A stretch of DNA of 64,000 bases from Nymphaea colorata (taxonomy: Eukaryota): NCBI RefSeq assembly GCF_008831285.2, contig NC_045138.2:15004001-15068000 (forward strand). Direction: 5' to 3'. Positions within the stretch are counted from its first letter, which is position 1; the number at the start of each line of letters is the position of its first letter. The notes under the pieces were generated by a model. It did no database searches and was not told the origin of the DNA. It worked only from the letters and a program-made list of their open reading frames with translations. Positions 14,420 through 28,167 of the stretch are shown here, one piece after another. A program made the position numbers and the translations under genes.

Positions 14420-14628
14420 TTTTGTCATTTAAAATTAATGTACACTTTTTTTTTAATCGGAAGACTTTTTGGATCCACGATTGGCAATGGACAAGAAGGA
14501 AAGGCAACGAATCCGGTGGACTCAATCATGCCGAAGATGGGAACATGTGGAATTCAAATTCATTTATGTTGTCGATGCATTTCACAGTTTAAAAAATTGT
14601 ACAGGAGAGGAGCAGAAGGAGGGTTGAT

Positions 14629-15016
14629 TTAGCTCTGCGAATTCGCCGACTTTTCTTCACTGTTGAGTTCCTTCTGCTTCTGTTTATACTCTCCAAACAG
14701 ATAAGAAGAGAATCCCCACATGGACATGACGGCAGCAGAAACCTTGTCTGAGTTCAAGCCTTCATGGAAGAACAGCAATGGAGACAACACCTGCTGGTAT
14801 GAGGGCTGTCACACATATCCCACTCATCAGGGAGCTTGCCAAGAACGTCATCCCTGCAATACCCACAAGGGCCATCTGCCATGAAACAGCCCCAAACACC
14901 AAGCAGAGCCAGTACTTCACCTGCCCAAGATCAAATTCTTCTGATTCTGCCTTCAACTTACCAAAATCTCCACCTACCAACATGCCGACACAGGAAAAAA
15001 CAGTTGCTATGACCAT
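14629..15016 (-). pseudogene. Purine permease pseudogene 2 (3' fragment of a more diverged paralog)
   Basis: VIATVFSCVGMLVGGDFGKLKAESEEFDLGQVKYWLCLVFGAVSWQM..., a frameshift near 14765-14775, then HEGLNSDK..MWGFSSYLFGEYKQ..*. The 5' part is replaced by the duplicated 15014-15745 segment. Confidence 0.88.
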
Positions 15017-16046
15017 TAATAGTTAGTTACAGTGAATAACTTGGATTATATCAAAGTCCGATCAAGATGAATTTGGATTCTCAGAGAGAAAACACATGAA
15101 CTTGATGGTGTCTGGGTAGCAGGGCTGAGCCAGCCCGCTCTTGCTTGACCTATAAAGGCCTGGCCAGCCTTTATGAGCTTGAACATGGTCCCAGGCCGAA
15201 CCATAGCCAAGTTTTCATGTCGAGACAATACCTCTTCAACTACATGTCTAGTCCATTCTAAAGGAATCAACTTTTCCCATTTTTCAAATTACCCTTGTTC
15301 AGGCCTTATGTGCCCATGACTTGGGCCGACCTAATCCATTAGGTAGATGGGCCGGGCTTCATATGCTTCATTCAAGTACTTTTTCATGTTAGCGACTTGA
15401 CTTTTTCTGGGGTGGGCTCGAAGGCAGAACCAGATCTGCACTTGGTATAAAGCATGTTCCGACCAAAAGATCATGTTGGCATGTCAACGAGAGAAGTCCA
15501 GGTGGTATTAAGATGTAGGCACGCTTCACCCAAAGAGGACCTTACATTTGGTATCTAGATTTTTGTGCTCAAAGCCAAATACCAAAAGTGAACAACGAAG
15601 GCATCTGGTTTAAATTTTTGTCCTCCATGATCTTCTTCTTCTAGCGCAGGTTGTGCCGGCAATTTCTCTTAGAAGAAAAGCCATTTTAAGTGGTTGAAGG
15701 AGTTCCTACTTCCTAGCCACTAACAAACGGGAACTACAAGAAAATGAAAACGTAGAATTCCAGGCTTTATCACCATTTTCTCGCCTGTCTTGGTAGCTGC
15801 ATTAAAGGAGAGAAATAAATACACCCCAAGTGCAAACAAGCAATTCATATTAAGTTATACAGGAATAGCCACAGATTCCGCCTATTTCTTCCCTTGAAGT
15901 TTGTTCCCAAGGGCGCACAGAAAGAGAGAGAGGTCAACTTAAAATATACAACAAAAACAACAAAATCCTAATTTATTTCTTTCCTTTTTCATTGTTTCAG
16001 AGGGAGGATGGAGAGAGAGAGAGAGAGGCAGGACTGTGAATCACCT

Positions 16047-17358
16047 CTATATGGTGGGTTGCTGCTGTACAGTAGTACCCTTGGGCTTGGCCTTGTTTTG
16101 TTTGTACTCTCCAAACAGGTAAGAAAAGAAACCCCAAATAGACAGGATCACAGCAAACCCCTTCTCTGGACTGAAGGCCTCGTGAAAAAATATCACAGGA
16201 GATGCAACGTTTGCTGGAATGAGTGCAGTCGTGCAGATCCCAGTCACCAATGAGCTTGTCAAGAAAATGAACCCAGCAGACCCCACAAAGTTCATCTGCC
16301 ATGAAATTGCCCCAAACACCAAACACAGCCAATACTTCAGCTGCCCAAGACCAAATCCTTCTGCTTCGGCCATGATCCTCTTGAAATCCCCACACACGGC
16401 CATACCCAAACAAGAAAATGTACTGGCAGTGGCCAGAATCACAATCTGGGTCTCCAACACAAGGCTGAAACTTACTGCCACCTGCTTCTTCCTGAAATGG
16501 TCGTTCAGTAGCTCCAGCAATGGGAGGTACAGACCAAAGAGAACTGCAGTGATCATTGTGGACATAACTCCCATTGCATACTGGAAAGTGGTCACCCCTG
16601 CAGGAGTTTCATGGCTACTGGTTATGCCCACAAGAGCAGAGCTCAACGTTAACAGAATAATGCAGTTCAGTGTGGAGAAATTCATTGGTTGCTTGACGAT
16701 CAAGCAGGCAAAGATTGCGGTGAAGGCCAGTTGGGAAGAAAGCAGCAAGGTGGCAATGGAAACTGGGATGTATGAGATCCCCCAAGCGTAGGTGAAGTTG
16801 TCAAACCCCAGAAGCAAGCCCAGCAGGATGGTGCAGAGCAACACCTTTGGAGTGAAGCAACTGAAAGGTCTATAACCAGATGAGGGGTTCATGTAGTGTG
16901 AGATTGCCAAAGGAATGAAGAGTACAGGGAAACCAGCGGATTGTGTTAGGCAAGAGATCCATCTCCTGCTTCCTCCATGCACAAAGTAAAGCCTTGCTAG
17001 CAAGGCAGACGAGACACTACCTACTGAGATGCATAAATAGTCTAAAATGACTATAACCCAGTACAAGAGTCCACGTTTCAGTACTAAGCCACCGATCTTA
17101 TTCTTGTTTCCTTGGGCCTCCTTCCCTTCTTGCTGCCCATTGGCACTCATGGCTGCAGGCAGCTTGTTCATCATCTCCACTGCAAAAAAACAAGCAAAAA
17201 TAACAGTCAAGTCCATGTCAGTTTCCCTTTCCTAGATGCAAAATTGAGATGAGAACAGAACAACCACATGACCCATTTTTCTTAACAACTTCTTTAAATA
17301 AACGGTATCCATGATCAGGATATTGGCCATTGTGGTGGTAGACGGGATAAACCTCCAT
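16047..17358 (-). CDS. Purine permease (PUP family, PUP4/5-like), intact; exons 17358-17304 and 17179-16047, ~395 aa
   Basis: Multi-TM ORF with PUP motifs (LLARLYFVHGGSRRWISCLTQSAGFP, DNFTYAWGISYIPVS..LLLSSQLAFTAIF, WGFFSYLFGEY). A polypyrimidine tttttgcag acceptor at 17180 and an upstream 55-nt exon (MEVYPVYHHNGQYPDHGY-C|gt) splice in frame. Confidence 0.92.
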
Positions 17359-17463
17359 GTCTGCGCTCCTGCTTCATCTTAAAGAGAAGAGCACTACATG
17401 GGGATGGTTGGTTAGGGAAAGGGACATGACATGACGATTTGAGCCGTGACAGATACAGACATG

Positions 17464-17469
17464 CACGTG
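17464..17469. promoter_or_regulatory. G-box (CACGTG) ~105 bp upstream of the PUP start codon
   Basis: Same motif at the equivalent position in the other PUP copies (11992-11997, 43924-43929). Function is not demonstrated. Confidence 0.35.
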
Positions 17470-19559
17470 GTAATGCAACAAACTCCTCGGGTTCTAAAAA
17501 GATATATGATTTGCCAAGGAAATGAGGACTCTAAGATCAGTAAGGAAAGCTGATAGCTGAAAGAATTGGAAATGAGCAATGAAAAAACAGAACTTACTCT
17601 GAAGAACAGTATGGAATGACTGATCATGGGGAGCATGAGATTCAGCCATGGCTAGCTCTTTTTTCTCAGGCTATGAAGGAAGAAGAGAAGGTATGCACAA
17701 GTTAATCACCTCAAACATATCGTTTTATACAAGTGGGTCGTGGAACCCTTTAGACCTGGATTTCAGAAAAGCATGGAAAAAAGGTAGGAGCCTTTAGACC
17801 CTGACCACACCTCATGCAGCACTAGCGGTAATAACTGTTAAGAGTCTGTTACCTAGAAGCAAGGGAATCTTGTCCTATGTAAAAATTTCCTTTTCACAAA
17901 GATCTACACGTGAGGTAATCACTTTGAACCTGAAATTTTTCAGGTTTTCTTGAGATTATGTCCACAAGTTAGTGGCAGAATAATAACAGACTACCGAAGA
18001 TCTATTTTGGCGCATTATTGATGTTTCTAAGGCATGCACTAGTTTCGAGAAAGTGGTGCCTCATAGGTCCTATATTGACTGAAAAAATATCAACGTGAAC
18101 TCGGGCTTAATTAGATAACTGGTTGGTTAACTTGATCAACAAAGTATTCATTAGTCTAATTCTGAAGCAACTCTGCAGGGGGTAGTTCCCTATCTAATTA
18201 ATGTATGACGCTTTTAACTAATTGGCTTTAATCACCTTAGAGGAATCATAACATTCAAATCATGCGGTACCCTTCAAGGTTGTCCTAATAATCGAACAAG
18301 CAATATCTTCTATCTCTATCTCGAGACATATATATATATTGGGAAAGGGAAAGATTCAAGATAATAGCACTATTAATGGCGAAGATATTATCTTATTACT
18401 TTGCAAACTTAAATAGCTTAAATATGAGGCTGCAGTGGAGAATTGTCCAGGCAATGTTTGACATATCGAGGTCCATTAAAGGCGAATAGGATCTTTGACA
18501 ACTTTCTACGCAAAAAGGATGGTAGAGAGTTGTCATGGTATATATATATATAACCATGACCCACACAACGCACAAGTGGTGGTTGTTGGTTAGAGGACAC
18601 AAAGTACATAGTTGTTTCCTACAATAAGCTAGGCGCAGCCCATTGTTATTTTCCTTATTGACGTCAAGCTTGACTCTCAACAGATGAGATTATTGTTTCA
18701 CGAATGTTATTTCATCAAACAAACATTATGACTTTCTGGTGAAAGTCTGGTAGTCAGTTTGATTCTCATAAACACTATTTTCTTAAACTGTAAATGGTGG
18801 ATGAACGACATTCTAATTGACAGGTGTTTTGCTTTCTAACAAGTCTTGAGAGAGCGTGAACCCTAGGGGCAAGGGAAAAAGTGAGGGGCTTCGGGCTTTT
18901 CGGGCTGTCTCTCAAACTTAGAAATCTATCTATGTGGTTCCGGTGAACATGGGCTGCAGAATTCTCCTTCCATTAATCAACGAAAAAATATAAATTCATT
19001 TGCATGTTTAGCTTCAAAATGTACTCATCAAACTCTCACTAGATGGTGACATACAGTTTAGCCTTACATAAGGGGACATCATCCATAATCTTTCTCTCAA
19101 TCACTCTCTTCCCTCTCCAGTGACATGTTGCCACAGGTGTGGCAGTTGTCGCTGTCACTTGAGGATCCAACCCATTCGGGAGCCAGAATTTGTTTTTGGT
19201 AGAGGCACTCATTCAATATCTTTAATTTCTGTGAAGCACTTATATATATATAACAATCAAATATATGAAAATATTAACATATATAGTGAACTAATTTTGT
19301 GAGGTTGGTGTGGGCTCACCATGTAGCTACCCCACTGAACCCATGGCATGTGGGATGTCCACCCACCCCCACTCATCTTGGATGGGTCGGCAGGAAAATT
19401 CCACCCATGATCGTGGGTGAACAAGGGGGAGCCATGGCGCTTCACTCCTTCCCGCCATCAGAACCCAGTTCCGCCGTGGGTTCCGGTGGGCCTGCCCCTT
19501 TTTAGGGCGACTATTGGCTGCCAAATAAAAAAAAGAAAAAAAAAAAATCTGACATGAAT

Positions 19560-21828
19560 GGTTTTAATTTGATGTATGATCTTGAATGGTGCAATCATTC
19601 AAATGTGTATATATATATATATATATATTCTTTAGCAATTTAACTGTAGCTAATTGAATTTACTGCCGGTCCCGTTATTAGTGGTATGATCGTTCGTTTG
19701 AATTCGGTCAATTTTGTTGTTCTAATATTTAATGTGTTACAAAGTCGGGGTGGGATCTGATCTTTAAGAAAGATATTGGCTGGTTGGCGCCTAATCGATC
19801 GTACGATCACAATTAGGTTAAAAAAAAAAATAGAAGAGCACATTTGTTGAATGAAAGTTAAAAAAAAAAAAAGTCGACACCCACCCAGAGGCTACTTCTC
19901 TCCTCGTCCATTCAGTTGCTTCTATTCCACCGCTTTTTATGTTTTTTTCTTTCCTCTCTCTGAAAGATCTTAATTGCCGTGATATATTTTTCCAGATTGG
20001 TCAACTGCCTAAACTTTTCTGGGTCTTCAAGCATTCCCTGAGATTTGTTAATTTACTAATAAAACACTTCACACGAGGGCACTTGATAGGCTCGGATCTA
20101 AAATCCCACTTTGGATTTGCTCAGAGATGCAGGTTCTATCAAACAATACAAACATGTGATCTGTGCGTGCGAGCTTGTGTTGGCAGAGTTGCCCATGCAA
20201 ACCCACAAAACAAAAGATGTTTGTTTTACATTGATATCTCATGGCTATTTTTTTGCTGCCTCAGGTGTTGCCTTTAAACTAGAAATTTTGGTTCGGCCCT
20301 TGGATGTAGGGCTGTTCATGAGCCAGTTTGAGCTGAGTTCTAGCACACTGGAGTTCGATTTCACTTGGATATTGCATTTTATATATATATATTTTTCGAA
20401 CTGAACCAAGTTTAACCAAGGCCAAATCTTTTGACAACGAAAAAACAGTCGAAGGAAAAACAAAGAAAGCCAACACACATTCAAACAGGAAAGGAACGGC
20501 AGAGGTGTTCCCCCGGCGCCATTCCATCCCTTTCCTGTTTATTTCCACATGACACGCGTAAACCAAAACACGATCGAGAAAAGCATTATTGAAAGGACTG
20601 CTCAACAACCATCTATTTGAAGGTGATAATCTTTTCACTTCTTGCAGATCATTCCGCGGCCATCGAAGCCAGTCTTGCACTTCACCAATGACCAGTTGAT
20701 CAACCGCGTCGTCCCATCCAGTGACCTATAGTTATCACTAACTTATCAGTATGACATAACATGACTTCATCCAGTTCGGAAACGCCTTCAAGTACCATCC
20801 ATTGAACTCATGAACCTCCATGATCACTTGAAGGGGAGAGAGAGAGTGTTTACCTTCTTGGCACCAACGAAGAGTTTGTGATTACCGAAGAGGACTCCAA
20901 TCGATTGAACCCAAGTCAAGGCGAGTTTCATGCCATCGCCTCTCCTGCCGATGGAGCGGCCATTGACGTGGATGTTGGTATCAGTGACCAAGCAGAAGTC
21001 CTTGTCCTTCTTGCCGTGGAAGTAGAAGGTGATTCCATCCCCACCCACGAAACGCGGATCCTCGCACACTGCACCAGGCCTATCGCAATCTGCAGATCAG
21101 ATAAAGGGAATTAATATTGGGAACACATCATACTGTATGGAAGTGCAGATGACCATATGGGGAAAATAAAGAGCATGAGACCAGATTTTCTGAATGATGA
21201 TGGGTCTGGTCTCACTTGGGCGCCAGCCAAAGTAATGGATTTTTATGAAGAAAAATTAGGGCAGTAAGGATAGTTACCGCAAACAGCCTTGCAGATTGTG
21301 CAATCCACTTTGCAAGTTTTGGGGCAGCTTAAAGGGATCGAGTAGCAAAGTTTGTAGTGCTTAACCGTGCACTTCACAATTTTGGGCAAAGTGACGTTCT
21401 TGTCTGGCTTTATGACTACAGTTGCAGCTGCCAACTCTAAGCAGAGACAGCAGAGGAGCGGGAGAAGAAAGATCAAAGGAGCAGACCACGGCTTAGTGGA
21501 AGCCATGTTTTCTTGAAAAACGAACAGGAAGCGAGGATATCTGTGGTCAGATGCTTTGGTCCCTTTCAAGCGGATGAGTTGGGGATGTGGTGTGTTGCAT
21601 CCTCCAAGCAAATTTTTACCAACATTCCCATCAAAATTTTTGTTTGTTTTAATTTTGAAAATTATGAAAAACAAATATAACTTATATTAAACTAGCTTAC
21701 TTGAGTTTAATCAAGTCAAGTTCATGTAACTCAAAGTCAACTCGTTTACAATCTTGACTTTTCAGTTAACTTCAACCTCGAATCGAGCTAATTAACCCAG
21801 TCAGTTCGAGTGGAGCTAGAGTTGCCTC
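19560..21828 (+). repeat. Near-identical direct duplicate of ~46170-48448
   Basis: ORF track entries are nearly identical at offset 26608; only a few SNPs and a small indel near the 3' end. Confidence 0.95.
20279..21506 (-). pseudogene. Root-cap / LEA-related secreted Cys-rich protein, truncated; exons 21506-21278, 21089-20854, 20725-on
   Basis: Signal peptide and Cys-rich domain, then DCDRPGAVCEDPRFVGGDGITFYFHGKKDKDFCLV..TWVQSIGVLF, then VTGWDDAVDQLVI. A 16-nt insertion (20669-20684) shifts the frame before GFDG, and the C-terminal root-cap domain is not seen. Confidence 0.82.
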
Positions 21829-22952
21829 TACTCATTATACAGCCCTAATGACGAGTCCAATCAAAAGGTTTGGAGAGTCATTGATTGTTTTACAACCAAG
21901 AAATGCACCAGGAGTACGCCAATCTAGCTACGCTCTGCGTTATTGTCCCCAGTTCAACCTAATCTTCACAATTAGATTTGAATACAAAGCCCCCAATGAC
22001 CTTTATGGGGAACTGGGGCTGCTAATGGCAGGGTTTCAGTTAATGCGACTATAATTAATAAAGGAAAAGCTAATCTCAGATTGCTGGCACTTCATTTCTT
22101 TCAGACTAATTAATCAAGACCCACTGGTATATCGACAATTTGATCATGGGAGTATTTCCTAAAGTCAAAATGTAGGAAAACGAAAACCGCACCTTAAGGA
22201 AAGCCTTGCAAAGTTTGCAGGCTGCCAAATTTGAACCTTTAATAAAAAACCTACTGAAAAATCATACGTACATATGTATATACGTTACAATCTTTCTTTT
22301 CTTCCCCTCAATTTTTTTGGTTCTTGTTGTTAGAGAAGCTACTAAAACCTGATTTAATTTAATCAGAGTTGTGACCGAACATGTTCCTGAACAGCCCTTC
22401 TAAAAATTTATTACCTTACTTAAGTTAATTCGGGTTTCGACTATGATATAAATCAGGTAGACAACGTATAATTATAAACAAGTCAGATCTTAAACGAGCC
22501 TAGTTAGTTTTCTAAAAACCCTAAATCCAATCAGGTTGAAACTGCACACTAGCTTAACGTACGCTAATGAAATACAATTTTCATTTCAATTTTCAAATTA
22601 GTCTCTCAAGGACTGACGGAGATAAGAGCGAATCTAGCGACTTACACCAGCCGCCTCTGTTTCACGCCCAAACAGACTTTCACCATTTTAAATAGGTTTG
22701 AACGGATTGGAATCTTAGTTTTTTGCTGTATTAACTCGCAAGTGTCGTAATATGCAATGTTACTTGTTTTCACGCGGTTTTGATTAAAAGAATAACACTG
22801 CATTTCCCTCTAATTTGAAAAAGACAGTTCAGAAAAAGCTATATACGTTTCAGAAAAACTGCCAAAGAAAGTTCTCATATGAAGCACCATTAATTTGAGA
22901 AACATAGAACGTCATCGGTATTTTCTTTAATATTACTGTCTAGTGTCTACAT

Positions 22953-23344
22953 CTAAGTCACACCGATACATGGCCCAAGTATTCATGTCAATACGGAGAT
23001 ACGGATGCGTATACGGCATGGAAATGTTTTGAATCGGGTCTGAATAAGACAGGATCCGAACAAAAAAAAAAAAACTGATTTTATGTTAAGTTGAGTTCTT
23101 TTCCCTTTCTCTTTGGGGTTTTTTTTTTCTGTTTTTCTGATAAATGACTAGAATGATGATATTGATAAACAATGTTTTGTGTTAAACAATGTTTTGTTTG
23201 TGTCTTTAAGAGTGAACTATTAATTTAATGTTTTTTTTTAATTTATAATTTTTGATAATATTATATTTGCCGTATCCGTATATCCGAAAATTGTGAAAAT
23301 TAACGTGTACGTACCCATATTGCACCTGCACCCATGTGACTTAG
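22953..23344. mobile_element. hAT-type MITE (392 bp)
   Basis: TIRs CTAAGTCACA / TGTGACTTAG; perfect 8-bp TSD GTCTACAT (22945-22952, 23345-23352). Confidence 0.92.
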
Positions 23345-23693
23345 GTCTACATGCATTCTCATAGTCTTAATATCTGATGTTTTTTTTATTCGACATTCAA
23401 AAGAATTATAGGAAGTAGTGGTGCCTTTTGAATTACAGGTAAAAGACAGATCCAAAAATAATAAAATGCAAATTTATTCAACTTTTATTTTCCTTAAAAT
23501 GGATACTTCAACGGCTTAGATTGTGCAGGAATATTCACGACTTGGATATATGTGGATTAACGTGCTGTTGAACATGAGCCAACTTCTTTCATGGGAACGA
23601 CAATAAATAGAGTGAAATTAAAGTCTACCGTTCCCTTCTCTCTCTAGTAAATATTCAAACTTTAATGGTAGCAAATCATACGTGGCCAGCATA

Positions 23694-23772
23694 TTAAACT
23701 TGAAACCATGTAGGCCAGCACACTTAAACTTGAAACCATGTAGGCCAGCACACTTAAACTTGAAACTATGTA
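23694..23772 (+). repeat. 30-bp tandem repeat, ~2.5 copies (ttaaacttgaaaccatgtaggccagcacac)
   Basis: Directly visible. The inverted homolog near 38020-38075 has fewer units. Confidence 0.85.
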
Positions 23773-24215
23773 CCTCATGAAATGGTATTTTTTTATACTG
23801 ATGTATGTTGAACAATGAGAAGCTGCGGTTGAACAACTGACAGTGCTTTCGCCGGCGCGCCCGTCTTCCTCATTGCGACTGGGAATGCTCAGTTGCCAGC
23901 GGCTGCATATGCTCAACATCATTCGCTTGGGTTGGACGCACCAACTAATGAGGCTGTCGTGGACAGGCCGAGGCACTCAATAAACTCAAAATCAAGGCTA
24001 AGGTACTTTCTTTTCAATTTTGCTTCTGATTGTCTTCTTCCTTTATATCTTGGCGATACATGGAAATGGAGCATCTGAAAGGCGAACCCCGTTGTTTGCT
24101 TAGAAGCAAATCGGGTATTGAAATTCCAAGCTGTTTGTTAAGTTGGGCATAACAGTGCTATGCTTTCACGAATACCTAAACAAATTAGATGTACTGCAGA
24201 GCATTTTGTAATTAC

Positions 24216-27020
24216 CTGCTCTTTCAGGCACTTGTTTGTGTCAACTAATGAAAGGTATTCTTGAATGGCAAACTCAACTTCCGGTTCAAATTGCAGTAGA
24301 TAAGATTAGGGGAAAAAAAATGCCTCAGGCTTTTCATTAAGAATGTTTATCCTCGGGCTTTCAAGGAAAGAAGAATCTGTGTTCCATGTCTCAAGAAAAG
24401 CTAATGATAAGGCAGGTGCGTAAAAGCACTCATCTAAAATGAGAACTGCCTTCCCAAATGAATTGGTATTATAGAAATTTCATGATCACCACTGAAAGTA
24501 TTGTGGCAGCAAGAACAGAAGTGACATCCCAAAAACTCACTATACATGACTGAAAGAGAAAACAGCATTATAAGCATAACATGACATTTACTAGGTAGAT
24601 ATGTAAGCCAATTTTCATATTGCAATACAAAATATATCAGCCTCCCTTTTCTGAAGAGCAAAAAAGAATGGACAAGAAAAAATGCATGCATGTCCATCTA
24701 CTTGCTTACATGGTCTTATCCCATCAAGCCAAACTTGTCAAAATAATTCAATTTTATATTCCTTCATCATCGGTGATGCCATGATGTTATATTTATCTGT
24801 GCATCATTCTTGAACCAGGTCCAACCTGCTTATTCAGACACACCATTCATGCACCTGCACACATACCCATGTCATAATGGAATGAGATGCAAACTATGCT
24901 TGCATACATGTGGACAACGGGACATGTAGGTCCCTGATGGGCTTGCCCATGTCATCTAGTTGTAGAATGAAAGGTAAGGATTATCATAGACATCAACAAA
25001 CTGCAAGAATTAAAGACATGCAACCAACAACGCACCAACATAAAATAAGAAAATACATATCAAAGCAGATCGCAAATAAAAGAAACGGCAATATAAAACC
25101 GAGTAATGATTCTTACTTGTTTTATTTTCTTGATTTCTAATGACAGGTCAGCAGCCTTCTTTGTCAACACTTCGCAGAGGGCCTAGTGGAAAAAAGCTAC
25201 GAAAGAGAAACAAGAAATGTGGTGAAAGAAAAATGGGTAAGTTTCTTTGAAGTTTAAGATCCCAACCAACATGGCAAAAGGAGCAAATACTTGCAATGGC
25301 ACAAGTTCCACTGGAAGATGTCCTTGGCTTTCTAAAATTCTAACAAAACATGAAGCTGTGTGTGGATTGAGCAGTGCATGTGTCCTATGGAAAAAATATT
25401 AAAGTGTAAGGTCAAGTGTAAGCATGAGACAGCCAACAGAGGCTTTCTCATTGGCAAACACAATGAAGCATAATATAAAGAAGGCAAAATCACCATCCTG
25501 CACTGAAGATTAAGATCAACAGAGATATCATAGGTGCATGTTCTATTAACTCAATTCATTTACATATAACATATCTTATCTGCTAAACAATGGATTGTGT
25601 TTTCTTGATGTAAAAAAGTAACTGATAACACCAAGCTTCCATCACATTATTAAGTTTATTTCCTATCGAGCAAAACATGAAAATTGCAAAGAATGGAAAA
25701 AAGTGATCTTTCTGTGCATTAGTACTCAGTTCTCAACCTCAATGAGCTGAACATTCGCAAGTCTACCCATCTTGCTTGGCCCTGTCTACTAATCGTCAGC
25801 CTTAATGAGCAGAATATTAAGACATGAAAAACGTGGGCTTAGTCTGCCTATAGTCCAATAGTGCACATCAAGCTAAACAAAAATCATTACATGTGTTGTG
25901 TTCGTTTGATAGTTTGCCTCGCAGACTCTCTGTTTGCTTGAATCCTCCTCAGCCTTCTTTCCTCTTTCTCGGCTTATAGAAAGTTTCAAATATAAACAAA
26001 CATCTTATAAAGCATCAAAAAGAGAAGCAGCCTGCAAGTTAAGGCTTTTATCAGTAACTGGTAACTGGATTTGCTGTTCTTCAATTTTTCTTTAGCATAG
26101 GGTTGGGACCTTTTTGTAACTGTTGAGCTTGTTTGCTCAAACAATGAGCCTAAGCCTGGGCATCGGGCCGGGCCACCGCCGGGCCTGGGCCCGATAGGCC
26201 GGCCCGGGTCAGCATGTTTAGCTCCTTTAGATTAAAAAAATAATTTTTTAATTTTTTTAATAATATATATTTATTATTAATAAATATATTTTATATTTTA
26301 AAAAATAATTTTATAATTATAAAATTATTTTCAAATTTTAAATAGGTCGGGCCTGGGCCGAGACTCGAGCTATCAGGCCATGCCCGGCCCGGGCTGACCT
26401 GCCTGATGGGCCGAATTGGGCTGGCAAGGCCTGGCCAGATGCCCACCCTTAAATGAGCCTGTTTCAACGCCACAAAACAGAGACTCAGTATCAGAAGTCT
26501 TCTAAATCTTTAACTTTTTAGCAACTTTCCACTAAAGAAAAAAAACTCCATCTATTATGTGTTTATCAAAATGCATAGAGGAAACAATAAAAAAAGTACA
26601 CAAGACTACACAAACATAAGATGCACTAAGGTCTTTGACAAACGTGGAGAGGATTCAAAGACCAAACAAACATAAGATGCACCAAGGTCTTTGACAAACT
26701 TGGAGAGGATTCAAAGAACGGCAAGCCGAACCTGCGCATCCTGTCAGGAGCAAGGCTTGTTGAAATCCTGGAACGATTTCCCCCAAATCTCAGCTCTCCA
26801 CCGCTGCACCGCCGTACGGCTCCCCCGTCGACCCCATTTCATCTCGGCCCCACGTCGGCACTCCAACCCCCTGCTTGCCATCAAGGCAAGCTGCACAAAC
26901 TCTAGAGTCCAACACTGCCAGAAGGCTCGTCCTCTAGAGTCGTCGACCTCTCTGCCACTGCATCCAAAGGCTCCAAGTGCTTATCCGAGGATGGATCCGC
27001 ACCTCTCCGGAGCTCACCAA
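24216..27020 (-). pseudogene. bZIP62 (At1g19490)-like transcription factor pseudogene with collinear exons
   Basis: Exons: ~27020-26720 (KWGRRG..), 25973-~25890 AEKEERRLRRIQANRESARQTIKR, 25182-25117 ALCEVLTKKAADLSLEIKKIKQ, 24281-24216 EVEFAIQEYLSLVDTNKCLKEQ. Has mutated acceptors (AA, CG), stops and a MITE insertion. Confidence 0.8.
26151..26451. mobile_element. hAT-type MITE (301 bp; GC-rich GGCCCGG ends, AT-rich core)
   Basis: Ends TAAGCCTGGGCATC / GATGCCCACCCTTA; perfect 8-bp TSD AATGAGCC. Confidence 0.92.
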
Positions 27021-27457
27021 GAGTTAAGGCTGGGCGTCGGGCAGGTGATTAGTTTAATATTTACGTAAACAATCTATTCTGACACTGCTGCTGCACAAAA
27101 ATGGAGTTATCTAATGAATTTTGCATGGTCAAATTTTGCCAATGGATTGCATTTGATTTATGGATGTTTGTCATTTTGTATTCAACCGTTTCTGATTTCA
27201 ATCCATTTTTTAATACATTTTCAATTTTAAGTACTGGTTGCCAACCGTACTTAAAGCATGTGCTGGGCATGCTTATCACCGGAAATGAGGTGGTCACCAA
27301 TCGAAAAATACTAATACTGGCCATGGCTTTGATGGTGTTCATTAACGGTAAATGCAAGAGAGGGGAAGTTCCACATATCCCGTTTTAACAGTGAATAAAA
27401 CATAGAACTAGGGTTTACTGCTCCGTTGCCCACCTCGAACTCCGACCCAACTCCTGG

Positions 27458-27797
27458 TAAGGGTGGGCATCCGGCCGACTCGATCCAGCCCGTCGGGCGG
27501 GTAATCCCGGCCCGCGCCCAACCCGATAGCCCGGGTCTCGGCCCGGCCCCGACCCATTTAAAATTTAAAAATAATTTTTTAAATTATAAAATAAATTTTT
27601 TAAATATAAAATATATTTATTAAAAATAAAAATATTTTCTTAAAACAAAAAAATTTAAAAAAAATCATTTTTTAATCTAGACAGGCTAAACGGGCCGGAC
27701 CGGGCTGACCCGGGGCAGGTTTTTCCCAGCCCAAGCCCGGCGCAATCGGGCCAGGCCGGGCCGGCCCGCCGGTGACCCGGCCTGACGCTCAGCCTTA
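27458..27797. mobile_element. hAT-type MITE of the same family, independent insertion into bZIP exon 1
   Basis: TAAGGGTGGGCATC..GACGCTCAGCCTTA; perfect TSD ACTCCTGG. The empty site is seen in other exon-1 copies (e.g. ~34545-34560). Confidence 0.92.
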
Positions 27798-28167
27798 ACT
27801 CCTGGCGAGCTCTGGAGAGGTGCAGATCCATCCTCGGATAAGCTCTTCGAGCCTTTGGATGCAGTGGCAGAGAGGTCGACGACTCTAGAGGACGAGCCTT
27901 CTCGCAGTGTTGGACGGGATCCAATGGTGAAGATCGAGCTCGATGCAGTCCACGCACTTGCAGAGTTTGCGCAGCTTGTGCTGATGGCGAGCAGGGGTTG
28001 GAGTGCCAGCGTGGGGCCGAGATGAAATGGGGTCGACGGGAGAGTGGCCGCAGGTGGGGTCCCGCCACACTTACTGCTTCTCGACTCAATGGGGAGGCCC
28101 TTCTTCCCTGCTCAACGTTTAACGTCGCTGAGAGAGAGCTGCAGAGAGAGAGGAGCCCGAGCCTGGA

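Noticed and set aside
16219..16791. 190-aa plus-strand ORF
   Set aside because: Antisense shadow of the PUP coding sequence.
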